In this document: positions 39,540 through 49,354 of the stretch, one piece after another | Layout: each line of letters starts with the position of its first letter | Numbering within the stretch: position 1 is the stretch's first letter | NCBI GenBank assembly: GCA_965215125.1 | Contig: OZ244052.1 | Span: 512,001 to 576,000, forward strand | Direction of reading: 5' to 3' | DNA length: 64,000 nucleotides | Source of the DNA: an uncultured candidatus Porisulfidus sp. | Lineage (GTDB): Bacteria > Pseudomonadota > Gammaproteobacteria > Poriferisulfidales > Oxydemutatoraceae | Made by a program: the position numbers and the translations under genes | Notes under the pieces: generated by a model | The model's input: only the letters and a program-made list of their open reading frames with translations | Told to the model about the DNA's origin: nothing | The model's database searches: none

Positions 39540-39920
39540 AGCTAAAGTCAATGACAAGTTCCGAACTTAGATGCCGTCCTAGAGTATCTGCCCATAGAAA
39601 ACTGCCAGGCGTGATGCGTGGTAGGGCAACTGACCGTAGATTAAGGGGCACAGTTCATCCAATTAACTTATCATGTGGTAATGCGAAAGCAAAGTACACG
39701 AATATGAGGTTGATAATACCGAACGACTCATTAGTTGAGTACTTTAGCGGTGCTTCGCTCTGTCTCTCTTCGGTACAGCATGATGCCGTTAACAAGGAGA
39801 TAAAGCAGGTGCACGAAAGCCGCCACGACAAGTGGCGCATACACATACCTGATGCATGCTTTAAGAGGGGTGGCGCATTGCTATCGCTCGCTCCTTGTTG
39901 GCATCATCTGTGCCGTCATT
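39540..39920 (+). ncRNA. Putative bridge/seek RNA of the IS110 element (boundaries approximate)
   Basis: ATCTGCCC (39586) = reverse complement of right target; CCGTAG (39634) ~ left target+core; ATATGAG (39702) = donor end+core; long stem 39772-39914. Confidence 0.65.
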
Positions 39921-40201
39921 TAACCCTTGAGTTCTGGTGACTTTTGGGAATGTAGACTTCGGTAAAAATTTAACTTGACAAGCTGGTCATCCATATGAGG
40001 GGCAGATTTGCATGTCTGCCCTTAGGGTAGCAGGCGCAACCTGACGGAGTGATCACAGAGAGGGGCTGTTGAAAAAGTATCGTCATTACACAATCCAACC
40101 ACTTTGGACTTATAAGAACAGACCCTACTTGTCCGACCTACATACCCGTATTAAGACTCTGTAAAACGTTACGCAGATTAACCTACTGGCTTAATCGGCG
40201 G

Positions 40202-41170
40202 TCATCTCTTTAGCTTTTTAATTTCAGCGACAGATAAACCTGTGACTTCGGAAATCAACGAAACCTCCAGACCCTTTTGCAACATATTTAAGGCGATTTC
40301 GTGCATGCCTTGAACTCGGCCTTCCTCCATGCCCTGAACTCGGCCTTGCTCCATGCCTTTTGCCAGACCTTCCTTTAACGCACCGCGCCTTTCCAGTTGA
40401 ATCCCTATCTCATACTTCATGCGATCTATAGTCTCCCAGTGTGATTCTTTGTTTTTTGATATCTCCTCTAAATGTTCTAATATCATTTTCGTCTCTCCGT
40501 CTTGTGATAAATACGCTACTTGCTCGGGTGTCAATTCCGCCGAGTGCTTAATAATATAGCACCACCTATCCTTCATATCAACAAGGTCGCGGTAGCTCTT
40601 CTTGAACTTATTCAATTCCACTATGACGATCTTTGCACCGATATCGAAATGGTATTCTATCTCGTTGCGGTCTACAAATCCTATTTCAGTGATAAAGTTG
40701 TGCTTTCCTTTGAATACCGTGAACCGGGTAAATCCCAACGAGTAGGTCGGATTGAGGTTTGCATAGTCATCGCCACGGTTTAGGTCTTGAATAAACAGCA
40801 AAGCCCAATAGGCGAACATTCTAAGTAGGAAGTTTTTTTGGAAGGCGACTTGCATTTCTATATTGACATTTTCTCCGCCACTTAATTTGACGCTGAGGTC
40901 GAGGACGACCTGCTTGCCGTGTGGTTTAGTCGGTGGAATGGAGGTGTCTTTGAACCGTAGTTTATCACTTGATTGCTGCTGCTGTTGTTCGGCTGCTTTT
41001 TTAGAGGTGGCAGAAGTTTTGAGGTTTAGGACATCGACATCCGAGACATTATCGGAGATTGGCAAGAAGCTCTTAATGAGCGACAGCAGTAATCGCTTGT
41101 TGCCGGTAAAGTATCGTTTGAAGGCAATGTCTTTTGTCAGCGGTAAATATTTAGGTTGTTTTTTTGCCAT
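40202..41170 (-). CDS. Rpn-family (PD-(D/E)XK, YhgA-like) nuclease/putative transposase
   Basis: D.AFK.YF, LDL.V......NIEMQ, R..YWA, DRWCY, C-terminal G.E.G repeats and IA.NML..G.....I...TGLS. Confidence 0.9.
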   Translation of the reverse strand: MAKKQPKYLPLTKDIAFKRYFTGNKRLLLSLIKSFLPISDNVSDVDVLNLKTSATSKKAAEQQQQQSSDKLRFKDTSIPPTKPHGKQVVLDLSVKLSGGENVNIEMQVAFQKNFLLRMFAYWALLFIQDLNRGDDYANLNPTYSLGFTRFTVFKGKHNFITEIGFVDRNEIEYHFDIGAKIVIVELNKFKKSYRDLVDMKDRWCYIIKHSAELTPEQVAYLSQDGETKMILEHLEEISKNKESHWETIDRMKYEIGIQLERRGALKEGLAKGMEQGRVQGMEEGRVQGMHEIALNMLQKGLEVSLISEVTGLSVAEIKKLKR

Positions 41171-41389
41171 GAAATCTCCTGTAAATTTTAGTTAAAACCT
41201 ATAATTTGAGAGAATATTCGGGATGTTTTTAGACAAACGGATGAACAGTAGTAAATATCCGATAAATGGTATGAAATGTTGGGAAATAGTCTGTTTGGGC
41301 GGATTATTTCTTTTCTTGGGAAGCAATGATGGTTTGCGTAATCAGTGGCGCAAGGGGTGGTCGTGTCTGTACGAGTACGGTGTCGGTAC

Positions 41390-41514
41390 ATTCCCCTCCT
41401 TCGGAGGGGTGGCAGACGCAGCCTGACTGGGTGGTCGTGGAAAATCTGCACAAGTATAGTGCTAGTACATTCCCCTCCTTCGGAGGGGTGGCAGACGCAG
41501 CCTGACGGGATGGT
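41390..41514 (-). repeat. Two REP-A copies
   Basis: 41390-41436 and 41469-41514. Confidence 0.85.
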
Positions 41515-41651
41515 TCATAACCGTTTTCGCCACAACTTATTGAAAACCACCTATGCTTTCATTAAACTATCAAACAAAAACAACAACGGCATTACCGTAT
41601 GAAAATTGTGTCGGAAATACCGTATCAAGGCACACCAAAAGGAATTTAATT

Positions 41652-43112
41652 ATGGAATTGGGAAAACTGGATAATATTTTGAAAAATTTTTATAGCTTAA
41701 GTAAACGACTTACATGCCGTTTAGTGAAATATGCAATTAGGCTTTATGGCTCGAGTAAGCAACGCATATGTTCTTTAGTGAAAAAGACAATTAGATTTTA
41801 TAGTTCATTGAAACTTGATGATCGCTTCATTGTGATTATCATAGCCTGTTTAGCATTGGCTTACATTATTATTGCTCTAGGTATTGATTTCATTATCGTC
41901 TTTTTAGTTCTGTTTCTCATAGCTACGGTATTCTATATAACCAATATGTTTGTTCAAGGATTGAAGAAGCAACGAGAAGAAAAGTATAAAGAGGCAATTA
42001 AAAATTACGATGATGTAATTGGAGCCTATCGATATATTTATCCCCTTCTTACAATCTTAAACTTAATTCTACGTCATCTTTACCCTAAAACTAGTCTGAG
42101 CATATCAGAAAATACAAAACATAGTGCATTAGCTAGTAAAAAAATTCAGGTATATCCAAGTGACAATCTATCTGAGCAGCGATATTCCTATATTCATGAA
42201 TTAACCCAAAACATGTTACGTAACACGAACATATTTGCTGACGCTTACAATAACAGAGGCATTGCTAAGGGAAAATTAGGAGACTATGAAGGGGAAATTG
42301 CAGACTATGATGAAGCCATTAAACTAGACCCTAAATCTGCTCTTGCTTACTATAATCGAGGTAATAGCAAAGTCACATTAGAAAAATACGAAGAAGCAAT
42401 TATGGACTACGACGAAGCCATTAAAATAGATCCCAGCCTTGCCTCTGCTTACTATAACAGAGGTAATAACAAAGCCATATTAGGAAAACACGAAGAGGCG
42501 ATTGCGGACTATGACGAAGCCATTGAACTAGGCTTGGAATTTGCTTTTTCTTACTCTAACAGAGGTATTAGCAAAGCCGCATTAGCAAAACACGAAGAAG
42601 CGATTGCGGACTACGACAAAGCCATTGAACTAGAACTGGAACTCGCTGACGCTTACTATAACAGAGGTAATAGTAAAGCCTCACTAGAAAAACATGAAGA
42701 GGCGATTGCAGACTATGACGAAGCTATTGAACTAGACCCTAAATTTGTTCTTGCTTACAATAATAGAGGTAATAGAAAAGACGCATTAGGAAAACACAAG
42801 GAGGCGATTGCGGACTACGACAAAGCCATTGAACTAAACCCTAAATCTGCTCCTGCTTACTTTAACAGAGGTAATAACAAAGCTAGATTAGGAAAACATG
42901 AAGAGGCGATTACGGACTACGACAAAGCCATTGAACTAGAACCTAAGTTTGCTCTTGCTTACAATAATAGAGGTAATAGTAAAGCCGCATTAGGAAAACA
43001 CAAAGAGGCAATCGCAGATTACGACAAAGCAATAAAGCTAGAACCGTCTAATCAGACTTATAAAGAGGCAAGACAACGAGCGCAAAAAAACTTGATAATT
43101 CCTAATCCGTAG
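41652..43112 (+). CDS. Membrane-anchored TPR protein
   Basis: AAGGA RBS/ATG 41652; two TM helices then ~8 highly similar TPRs. Confidence 0.9.
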   Translation: MELGKLDNILKNFYSLSKRLTCRLVKYAIRLYGSSKQRICSLVKKTIRFYSSLKLDDRFIVIIIACLALAYIIIALGIDFIIVFLVLFLIATVFYITNMFVQGLKKQREEKYKEAIKNYDDVIGAYRYIYPLLTILNLILRHLYPKTSLSISENTKHSALASKKIQVYPSDNLSEQRYSYIHELTQNMLRNTNIFADAYNNRGIAKGKLGDYEGEIADYDEAIKLDPKSALAYYNRGNSKVTLEKYEEAIMDYDEAIKIDPSLASAYYNRGNNKAILGKHEEAIADYDEAIELGLEFAFSYSNRGISKAALAKHEEAIADYDKAIELELELADAYYNRGNSKASLEKHEEAIADYDEAIELDPKFVLAYNNRGNRKDALGKHKEAIADYDKAIELNPKSAPAYFNRGNNKARLGKHEEAITDYDKAIELEPKFALAYNNRGNSKAALGKHKEAIADYDKAIKLEPSNQTYKEARQRAQKNLIIPNP

Positions 43113-43121
43113 AGGCAGATC

Positions 43122-43168
43122 ATTCCTCCCCTTTGGAGGGGTGGCAGGCGCAGCCTGACGGGGTGGTT
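43122..43168 (-). repeat. REP-A copy between tandem TPR genes
   Basis: ATTCCTCCCC..GGAGGGGTGGCAGGCGCAGCCTGACGGGGTGGT. Confidence 0.85.
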
Positions 43169-43317
43169 CATAACCGCTTGCGCCACAACTTATTGAAAAC
43201 CACCTATGCTTTCATTAAACTATCAAACAAAAACAACAACGGCATTATACAGGCATTACCGTATAGAAAATTGTGTCCGGAGCTACCGTATCAAAGCACA
43301 CTAAAAGGAATTTAATT

Positions 43318-45300
43318 ATGGAATTTGCGAAACTAAATAATATTTTGAAAAATTTTTATAGCTTCAGTAAGCGACTTATATGCCGTTTAGTGAAATATAC
43401 AATTAGGCTTTATGGCTCAAGTAAGCAACGCATATGTTCTTTAGTTAAAAAGGCAATTTGCTTTTATAACTCATGGAAGCATTTTATTAGTTTTACTTTG
43501 CTTATTATTATTTGCTCATTATTGGCTTACAGCATTACTCCTTTTGGTAATTTTATTATCGTCTTTTTAGTTTTGCTTCTTATCGCCACGACATTCTATA
43601 TAACCTACAAGTTCACTAAGGGATCCGAGAAGCAACAAGAGGAAGATTATGAAAAAGCAATTAAATATTACGATAGTGTGATTTGGATTCATGAAAAAAC
43701 CCAATTTATATCCCCAATCTTAAATTTAATTCCAGGCATTAATCTTGAAACTGATATAAAGGCACCAACTAATACACTAGATATTAGAGTTAGCCGACCA
43801 AATCCTGAAGCTGATATAAAGGCACCAACTGACATACCAACTAATACCTCAGGTAGTACGATTAACCAAACACATAAAGATAGCACTCTGTCTGTAAAGA
43901 GTAATCGTCCATCTGCACAAAGTCGTAGCCTGTCTGTACAGGAATATTTCTTTACTTATGAATTAGATGAATACATCTTACGCAATAAAAGTATATTTAC
44001 CGCCGCTTACCATAATAGAGGTAATCTTAATGCTATATTGGAGAGCTATGAGAAGGCGATTTCGGATTATAACAAAGCCATTGAAATAGACCCTGAGTAT
44101 GCTACTGCTTACTACAGTAGAGGTAATAGCAAAGCTCTATTAAAAAAAGACTGCAGCGAAGCGATTGAAGACTATAGCAAAGCAATAGCCATAGATCCAA
44201 AGGATGCATACGCATATAATAATAGAGGTAATAGCAGAGCTAAAATAAAAGACTATCAGGGGGCACTAAAAGATTTTGGCAAAGCCATTGAACTAAACCC
44301 GGTATACACACATGGCTATAGTAACAGGGGTTCTGCTAAGTATGAATTAAGAGACTACAAAGGAGCAATTTCAGACTTCAACAAAGCCATTGAACTAGAC
44401 CCTGAGTTTGCTCTTGCTTACTACAATAGAGGTAATAGCAAGGCCGCATTAGAAAAACATGAAGAGGCGATTGCGGACTACGACGAAGCCATTAAACGAA
44501 AACCGAAATTTGCTGCTTATGCTTACTACAATAAAGGTAATAGCAAAGCCATATTAGGAAAACACAAAGAGGCGATTGCGGACTACGGCGAAGCGATTGA
44601 ATTAGACCCTAAATTTGCTGCTGCTTACTATAACAGAGGTCATGACAAAGCCACATTAGGAAAACATGAAGCGGCGATTGCCGACTACGACAAAGCCATT
44701 GAACTAAAACCTAAATTTGCTGCTGCTTACTGTAATAGAGGTAATAGCAAGGCCGCATTAGAAAAACACGAAGAGGCGATCGCAGACTACGACGAAGCCA
44801 TTAAACTAGAGCGTAAATTTATTCTTGCTTACTATAATAGAGGTCATGACAAAGCCGCATTAGGAAAACACAAAGAGGCGATTGCAGACTACGACGAAGC
44901 CATTGAACTAGAACCTAGGTTTGCTTCTGCTTACTATAATAGAGGTAATAGCAAAAACATATTAGGAAAACATGAAGCGGCGATCGCCGACTACGGCAAA
45001 GCTATTGAACTAAAACCTAAATTTGTTGATGCTTACAATAACAGGGGCACTGTTAAGGGGAAATTAGAGGACTGTGAAGGGGCGATTACAGATTTCGAAA
45101 AGGCAATTGAAATAAATCCAAAGTGTGCTGATGCTTACTATAACAGAGGTTTAGCTAAAAAAATATTAGGGGACTGCAAGGGAGCAATTGCAGACTATGA
45201 CAGAGCCATTGAAATAAATCCATCTAATGATAAGTATACAAAGGCAAGACAACAGTTGCAAAAAAAACTTAATGATTCCAATCCAGCACATAAGCTATAA
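43318..45300 (+). CDS. Membrane-anchored TPR protein (paralog, ~12 TPRs)
   Basis: N-terminus nearly identical to the 41652 gene; TM pair; TPR array. Confidence 0.9.
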   Translation: MEFAKLNNILKNFYSFSKRLICRLVKYTIRLYGSSKQRICSLVKKAICFYNSWKHFISFTLLIIICSLLAYSITPFGNFIIVFLVLLLIATTFYITYKFTKGSEKQQEEDYEKAIKYYDSVIWIHEKTQFISPILNLIPGINLETDIKAPTNTLDIRVSRPNPEADIKAPTDIPTNTSGSTINQTHKDSTLSVKSNRPSAQSRSLSVQEYFFTYELDEYILRNKSIFTAAYHNRGNLNAILESYEKAISDYNKAIEIDPEYATAYYSRGNSKALLKKDCSEAIEDYSKAIAIDPKDAYAYNNRGNSRAKIKDYQGALKDFGKAIELNPVYTHGYSNRGSAKYELRDYKGAISDFNKAIELDPEFALAYYNRGNSKAALEKHEEAIADYDEAIKRKPKFAAYAYYNKGNSKAILGKHKEAIADYGEAIELDPKFAAAYYNRGHDKATLGKHEAAIADYDKAIELKPKFAAAYCNRGNSKAALEKHEEAIADYDEAIKLERKFILAYYNRGHDKAALGKHKEAIADYDEAIELEPRFASAYYNRGNSKNILGKHEAAIADYGKAIELKPKFVDAYNNRGTVKGKLEDCEGAITDFEKAIEINPKCADAYYNRGLAKKILGDCKGAIADYDRAIEINPSNDKYTKARQQLQKKLNDSNPAHKL

Positions 45301-45534
45301 ATCATTTGCAAAGAAAAGTACGCAAATGCCCTCCAACGCATTGGCATTACTGCTTTGTGCTGATAAAGCCTGCTATAATTGCAATATTTCACCTAAACTA
45401 ATATAGTAATCATCACAAAAATTAGATAAATTCAAAAGAATCATGGCTAAGTATATGCTCACCTTAAGAGAAAAAGTAATTGCATGTTCTCGGAAAAACC
45501 TAGAGAAACAAGTAAAAAATGAGATGAACAAAAT

Positions 45535-46455
45535 ATGAGTATTCCATCATCTAAACAACTTTGGCTTCCTGCACTAAAAATAATGAAGGATGATAAGGAA
45601 CGTCACAGAAGAGAAATCTTTGATCGTATTATTAAAGAATTCCAGTTTTCGGAAGAGGATAAAACCCAAAAGTTAGTAAGTGGTCGCTGTAAATTAGAAA
45701 ACCGCATGGCTTGGACATTATCTATCCTGAAAAATGCTAACTTGCTGAAAAATACAGCTCAAGGTTATTACAAAATTACCGAACAAGGGCAAGAAGTCTT
45801 AAAGGAAAATCCAAGCACTATCAGCATAGAAACTCTTCTCCAATACGCTCCTGCCGATAGCAAGTTTTTCTATTCTCAGAAACAAGATAAAGAATCAACT
45901 GACAACGAACCAAAACTGGACGAAGATTTAGAGACATCTCAAACACCGCTAGAACTGATAGAAGAGAACTACCAAAAGTTACAAGACTCTTTGTCGGATG
46001 AATTACTTCAGAACATTAAAAAGAAAGACCCGGACTTTTTTGAAGGTCTAGTAGTAGATTTGTTACTTGCTATGGGCTACGGCGGTTCCCGCAAAGAAGC
46101 AGGAGCAGCCATAGGCAAAAGTCATGACGGCGGTATTGACGGCATCATCAAAGAAGATAAGCTGGGACTTGATATTATTTATCTCCAAGCCAAGCGATAC
46201 GACAGCGGTTCAATCGGAGAAGGGGCAATCCGAAATTTTGTAGGCGCACTCGCTGCAAAACATGCCCAGAAAGGCATCTTTATCACGACCGCCGGCTATT
46301 CCAAAAGTGCCAGAGAATATGTTGAAAAGGTTCCGCAAAAAGTCATCTTGATTGACGGTGCCGACCTAGTGGATTTCATGATTGAAAACGATGTCGGTGT
46401 GTCGAAAGACCTCACATTTGAAATAAAAAAGATTGACCTTGATTATTTTGAATAA
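45535..46455 (+). CDS. mrr: Mrr-family type IV restriction endonuclease
   Basis: Mrr_N (NR.AW....L..A.L), FFE.LVVDLL.AMGYGG, DGGIDG.I.EDKLGLD.IY.QAKRY. Confidence 0.92.
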   Translation: MSIPSSKQLWLPALKIMKDDKERHRREIFDRIIKEFQFSEEDKTQKLVSGRCKLENRMAWTLSILKNANLLKNTAQGYYKITEQGQEVLKENPSTISIETLLQYAPADSKFFYSQKQDKESTDNEPKLDEDLETSQTPLELIEENYQKLQDSLSDELLQNIKKKDPDFFEGLVVDLLLAMGYGGSRKEAGAAIGKSHDGGIDGIIKEDKLGLDIIYLQAKRYDSGSIGEGAIRNFVGALAAKHAQKGIFITTAGYSKSAREYVEKVPQKVILIDGADLVDFMIENDVGVSKDLTFEIKKIDLDYFE

Positions 46456-46472
46456 TAAACAAACATCCCCCA

Positions 46473-48596
46473 ATGGAACTTTCTGATAACGAAAAGCGGG
46501 ATATTATTCAATATATTGAAGCCGGCAAGCCATTGCCGGAAAAATATCGTTGGCTCTTATTTGAAGACAAAAAACAAGTGGAGTTGGTATGGAACGGTAA
46601 GACCACGGATGTAACAAAAACGGTTCTACCATTTCAAACCATTGAGGTAGTCGATGAACCTCGTGCCGAAAAAAAGGCAGATACAAAAATGCAATTAACC
46701 CTTGATATTGATGAACGGGGGCGTCAAATCGCCGGGTGGACAAATAAGCTCATCTGGGGGGATAACAAACTTATACTTTCCAGTCTCAAAAGCGGAATGC
46801 TTCGTGAGGAAATAGAAAAAGCCGGCGGGCTTAAACTTATTTACATTGATCCACCATTTGATGTAGGGGCAGATTTCAGTATGAAATTGGAAATCGGCGA
46901 CGACGAAGATGAACTCATTAAAAAGCCTAATGTTTTGGAGGAAATTGCTTATCGCGATACATGGGGCAAGGGAGCAGATTCCTTTATTGCGATGATCTAT
47001 GAGCGATTGGTACTGATGCGTGATTTATTGGCGGAAGATGGCAGTATTTATGTGCACTGTGATTGGCGTTTGAACGCTAATATTCGATTGATTCTTGAAG
47101 ATATATTTAATGAGGAGTTTTTCCAGAGAGAAATAGTATGGTACTTTGACAATGTTTCCGGATACAAAAGCATTGCTTTGAATTGGATTAGAGATCACGA
47201 AACTATACTGTGGTTGACTAAATCCAAATCTTTCATATTTAATAAAGTGTATGGTGAGTATCCAGAAGGCTATGAAAATAAATTTAGTAATATAGACGAG
47301 AATGGTAGATATTACATGAAACGGGCTGGAAGACGACAATACCTTGACGAATTAAAAGGTAAACCATTGGGGGATGTGTGGCGTATTCCTTTTATAAATA
47401 ACATGGCAAATGAAAGAGTAGGCTACCCCACCCAAAAGCCCGAAGCTCTTCTTGAACGGATCATCAAAGCCTCTTCCAACGAAGGGGATTTAGTTGCCGA
47501 TTTTTTCTGTGGAAGCGGCACGACATTGGCGGTTGCAGAGAAACTTGGTAGAAAATGGATTGGTTCCGATCTCGGCAAGTTTGCTATTCACACTACCCGT
47601 AAACGGATGATTGGTGTGCAGCGAGAAATGAAAAGTTCGGGTAAAGATTTTCGTGCGTTTGAGATCTTAAACCTCGGCAAATACGAAAGGCAATATTATA
47701 TCGGTGCTAATCCCAATCTACGCGAAGAGCAACAGGTGAAGCAACTTGCCCAAAAAGAGGCTGATTTCATAAGGCTTATTATCAAAGCATACAAAGCTGA
47801 AAGTATAAATAATTTCAAGACATTCGTAGCCAAAAAGGCGGATCGCTTGATCGCAATCGGGCCGATTAATCTACCTGCGTCAAGACTTTTCGTAGAAACG
47901 GTGATAGACGAATGTCTGGAAAACAAAATTACCAAAGTGGATATTCTCTCTTTTGAGTTTGAGATGGGATTATTCCCGAAGATTCAGGAAGAAGCGAAAG
48001 ATAAGGGAATCAACTTAGCCCTTAAGTATATCCCTAAAGAAGTTTTTGATAAGCAAGCGGTCGAGAAAAATCAAGTGATATTTCATGATGTATCGTATAT
48101 TGAAGTGAAAGCGCATGTAAAACCACCCGCTAAGGGTAACCACGGTACTGTCGCCGTGGAACTTACCGATTTTTCTGTTTTCTATAATCAAGACTTCATA
48201 GATAATGTTGTCGAAAAATTGAAAAAGAATCAGTCTAAACTGATCGTGGAACAAGGCAACATTATAAAAATCACCAAAGACGAAGATGGCGAGGCAAAGC
48301 GTGAATTGCTAACAAAAAAATGGACCGATTGGATTGACTATTGGGCGGTAGATTTTAATTTTGAAAGCAAAGAAGAAATTGAACGTTTCAAAAATGATGA
48401 CGGAGAGATTGAAGAACGATGGACAGGTGATTACATCTTTGAAAACGAATGGCAAAGTTTTCGCACTAAAACAGATCGCTCAATTGAACTGAAAAGCACC
48501 GAATATGAATGTGAATCGGGTGAACGCAAAATTGCCGTTAAAATCGTTGATCTCTTCGGCAACGACACGATGAAAGTTATAAAGGTTACCATATAA
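46473..48596 (+). CDS. Type III R-M DNA methyltransferase (Mod)
   Basis: IYIDPPF (motif IV), YPTQKPEALL, DFFCGSGTT (motif I); beta class. Confidence 0.9.
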   Translation: MELSDNEKRDIIQYIEAGKPLPEKYRWLLFEDKKQVELVWNGKTTDVTKTVLPFQTIEVVDEPRAEKKADTKMQLTLDIDERGRQIAGWTNKLIWGDNKLILSSLKSGMLREEIEKAGGLKLIYIDPPFDVGADFSMKLEIGDDEDELIKKPNVLEEIAYRDTWGKGADSFIAMIYERLVLMRDLLAEDGSIYVHCDWRLNANIRLILEDIFNEEFFQREIVWYFDNVSGYKSIALNWIRDHETILWLTKSKSFIFNKVYGEYPEGYENKFSNIDENGRYYMKRAGRRQYLDELKGKPLGDVWRIPFINNMANERVGYPTQKPEALLERIIKASSNEGDLVADFFCGSGTTLAVAEKLGRKWIGSDLGKFAIHTTRKRMIGVQREMKSSGKDFRAFEILNLGKYERQYYIGANPNLREEQQVKQLAQKEADFIRLIIKAYKAESINNFKTFVAKKADRLIAIGPINLPASRLFVETVIDECLENKITKVDILSFEFEMGLFPKIQEEAKDKGINLALKYIPKEVFDKQAVEKNQVIFHDVSYIEVKAHVKPPAKGNHGTVAVELTDFSVFYNQDFIDNVVEKLKKNQSKLIVEQGNIIKITKDEDGEAKRELLTKKWTDWIDYWAVDFNFESKEEIERFKNDDGEIEERWTGDYIFENEWQSFRTKTDRSIELKSTEYECESGERKIAVKIVDLFGNDTMKVIKVTI

Positions 48597-48599
48597 GCT

Positions 48600-49352
48600 A
48601 TGATAGAGAACGAATATAAGCCACCAAAGTTTGGAGAGAAAGCCTTCCATTGTCCACATTGCGGGGTATTAGCAACTCAAACATGGAGCAATGATGAGAG
48701 TTTCCGAAAAGACTTATTTGAATGCCAGCATGATTTTTTTCTAAATTATAGGGAGAAAATAGGATGGGAGGGGCAACACTACATTCAAAGATTCCTTGAT
48801 GAAGTTGAACCAAAAATTCTAAATAATAGTAATAGACCATATTTTTTAGTGACATGCACACATTGCAACGACTTCTCCTTTTGGGTAAACGAAAAAATGG
48901 TTTATCCTTTGGTTCCTACATCTCCACCACCCCACGAAGATATGCCTGAAGATGTAAAAAAAACTTATGAAGAGGCACGGCAAGTACAACCCTTCTCAGT
49001 GAGAGCTTCCGCTGCGCTATTGCGAGTTTCACTGGAACAACTAACCGTACATCTAGGAGAAACCAAGGGCAACTTAAATACAAGAATTGCAAACTTAAAA
49101 AAGAAAGGATTGCCTTCACGGATTATTAAAAGTTTAGATATATTGAGAATATATGCAAACGAGGGAGGCGCACACGCGGGAACAATTGATTTAGAGGGTA
49201 AAGATAATGAAGATACAGTACTTAATTTATACAAACTAATAAACAACATCGTTTATCACACAATCGCCAGTGATAAAATGGTAGATGACTTATACGACGG
49301 TATTCCCGACGCTAAAAAAGAAGGCATTAAAAACAGAGATTCAAATAACTAA
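48600..49352 (+). CDS. DUF4145 (HEPN-like) protein with Zn-ribbon
   Basis: CPHC/CTHC, Y.EA......S.RASAALLR, R..AN...AH. Confidence 0.8.
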   Translation: MIENEYKPPKFGEKAFHCPHCGVLATQTWSNDESFRKDLFECQHDFFLNYREKIGWEGQHYIQRFLDEVEPKILNNSNRPYFLVTCTHCNDFSFWVNEKMVYPLVPTSPPPHEDMPEDVKKTYEEARQVQPFSVRASAALLRVSLEQLTVHLGETKGNLNTRIANLKKKGLPSRIIKSLDILRIYANEGGAHAGTIDLEGKDNEDTVLNLYKLINNIVYHTIASDKMVDDLYDGIPDAKKEGIKNRDSNN

Positions 49353-49354
49353 TT

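Larger units (their letters stand above)
38236..39999 (+). mobile_element. IS110-family element, IS1111/ISPpu10-like (subterminal IRs, long 3' non-coding end), inserted in a GTAG REP
   Basis: 16-bp perfect IR TATGGATGACCAGCTT (38242-38257)/AAGCTGGTCATCCATA (39980-39995); AG core at both ends; empty site rebuilds a REP. Confidence 0.9.

Noticed and set aside
39406-39940. ORFs in the IS 3' region
   Set aside because: No motifs; the region is better explained as structured non-coding RNA
46473-48596. Phase-variable mod (phasevarion)
   Set aside because: No simple-sequence repeat tract seen in the ORF
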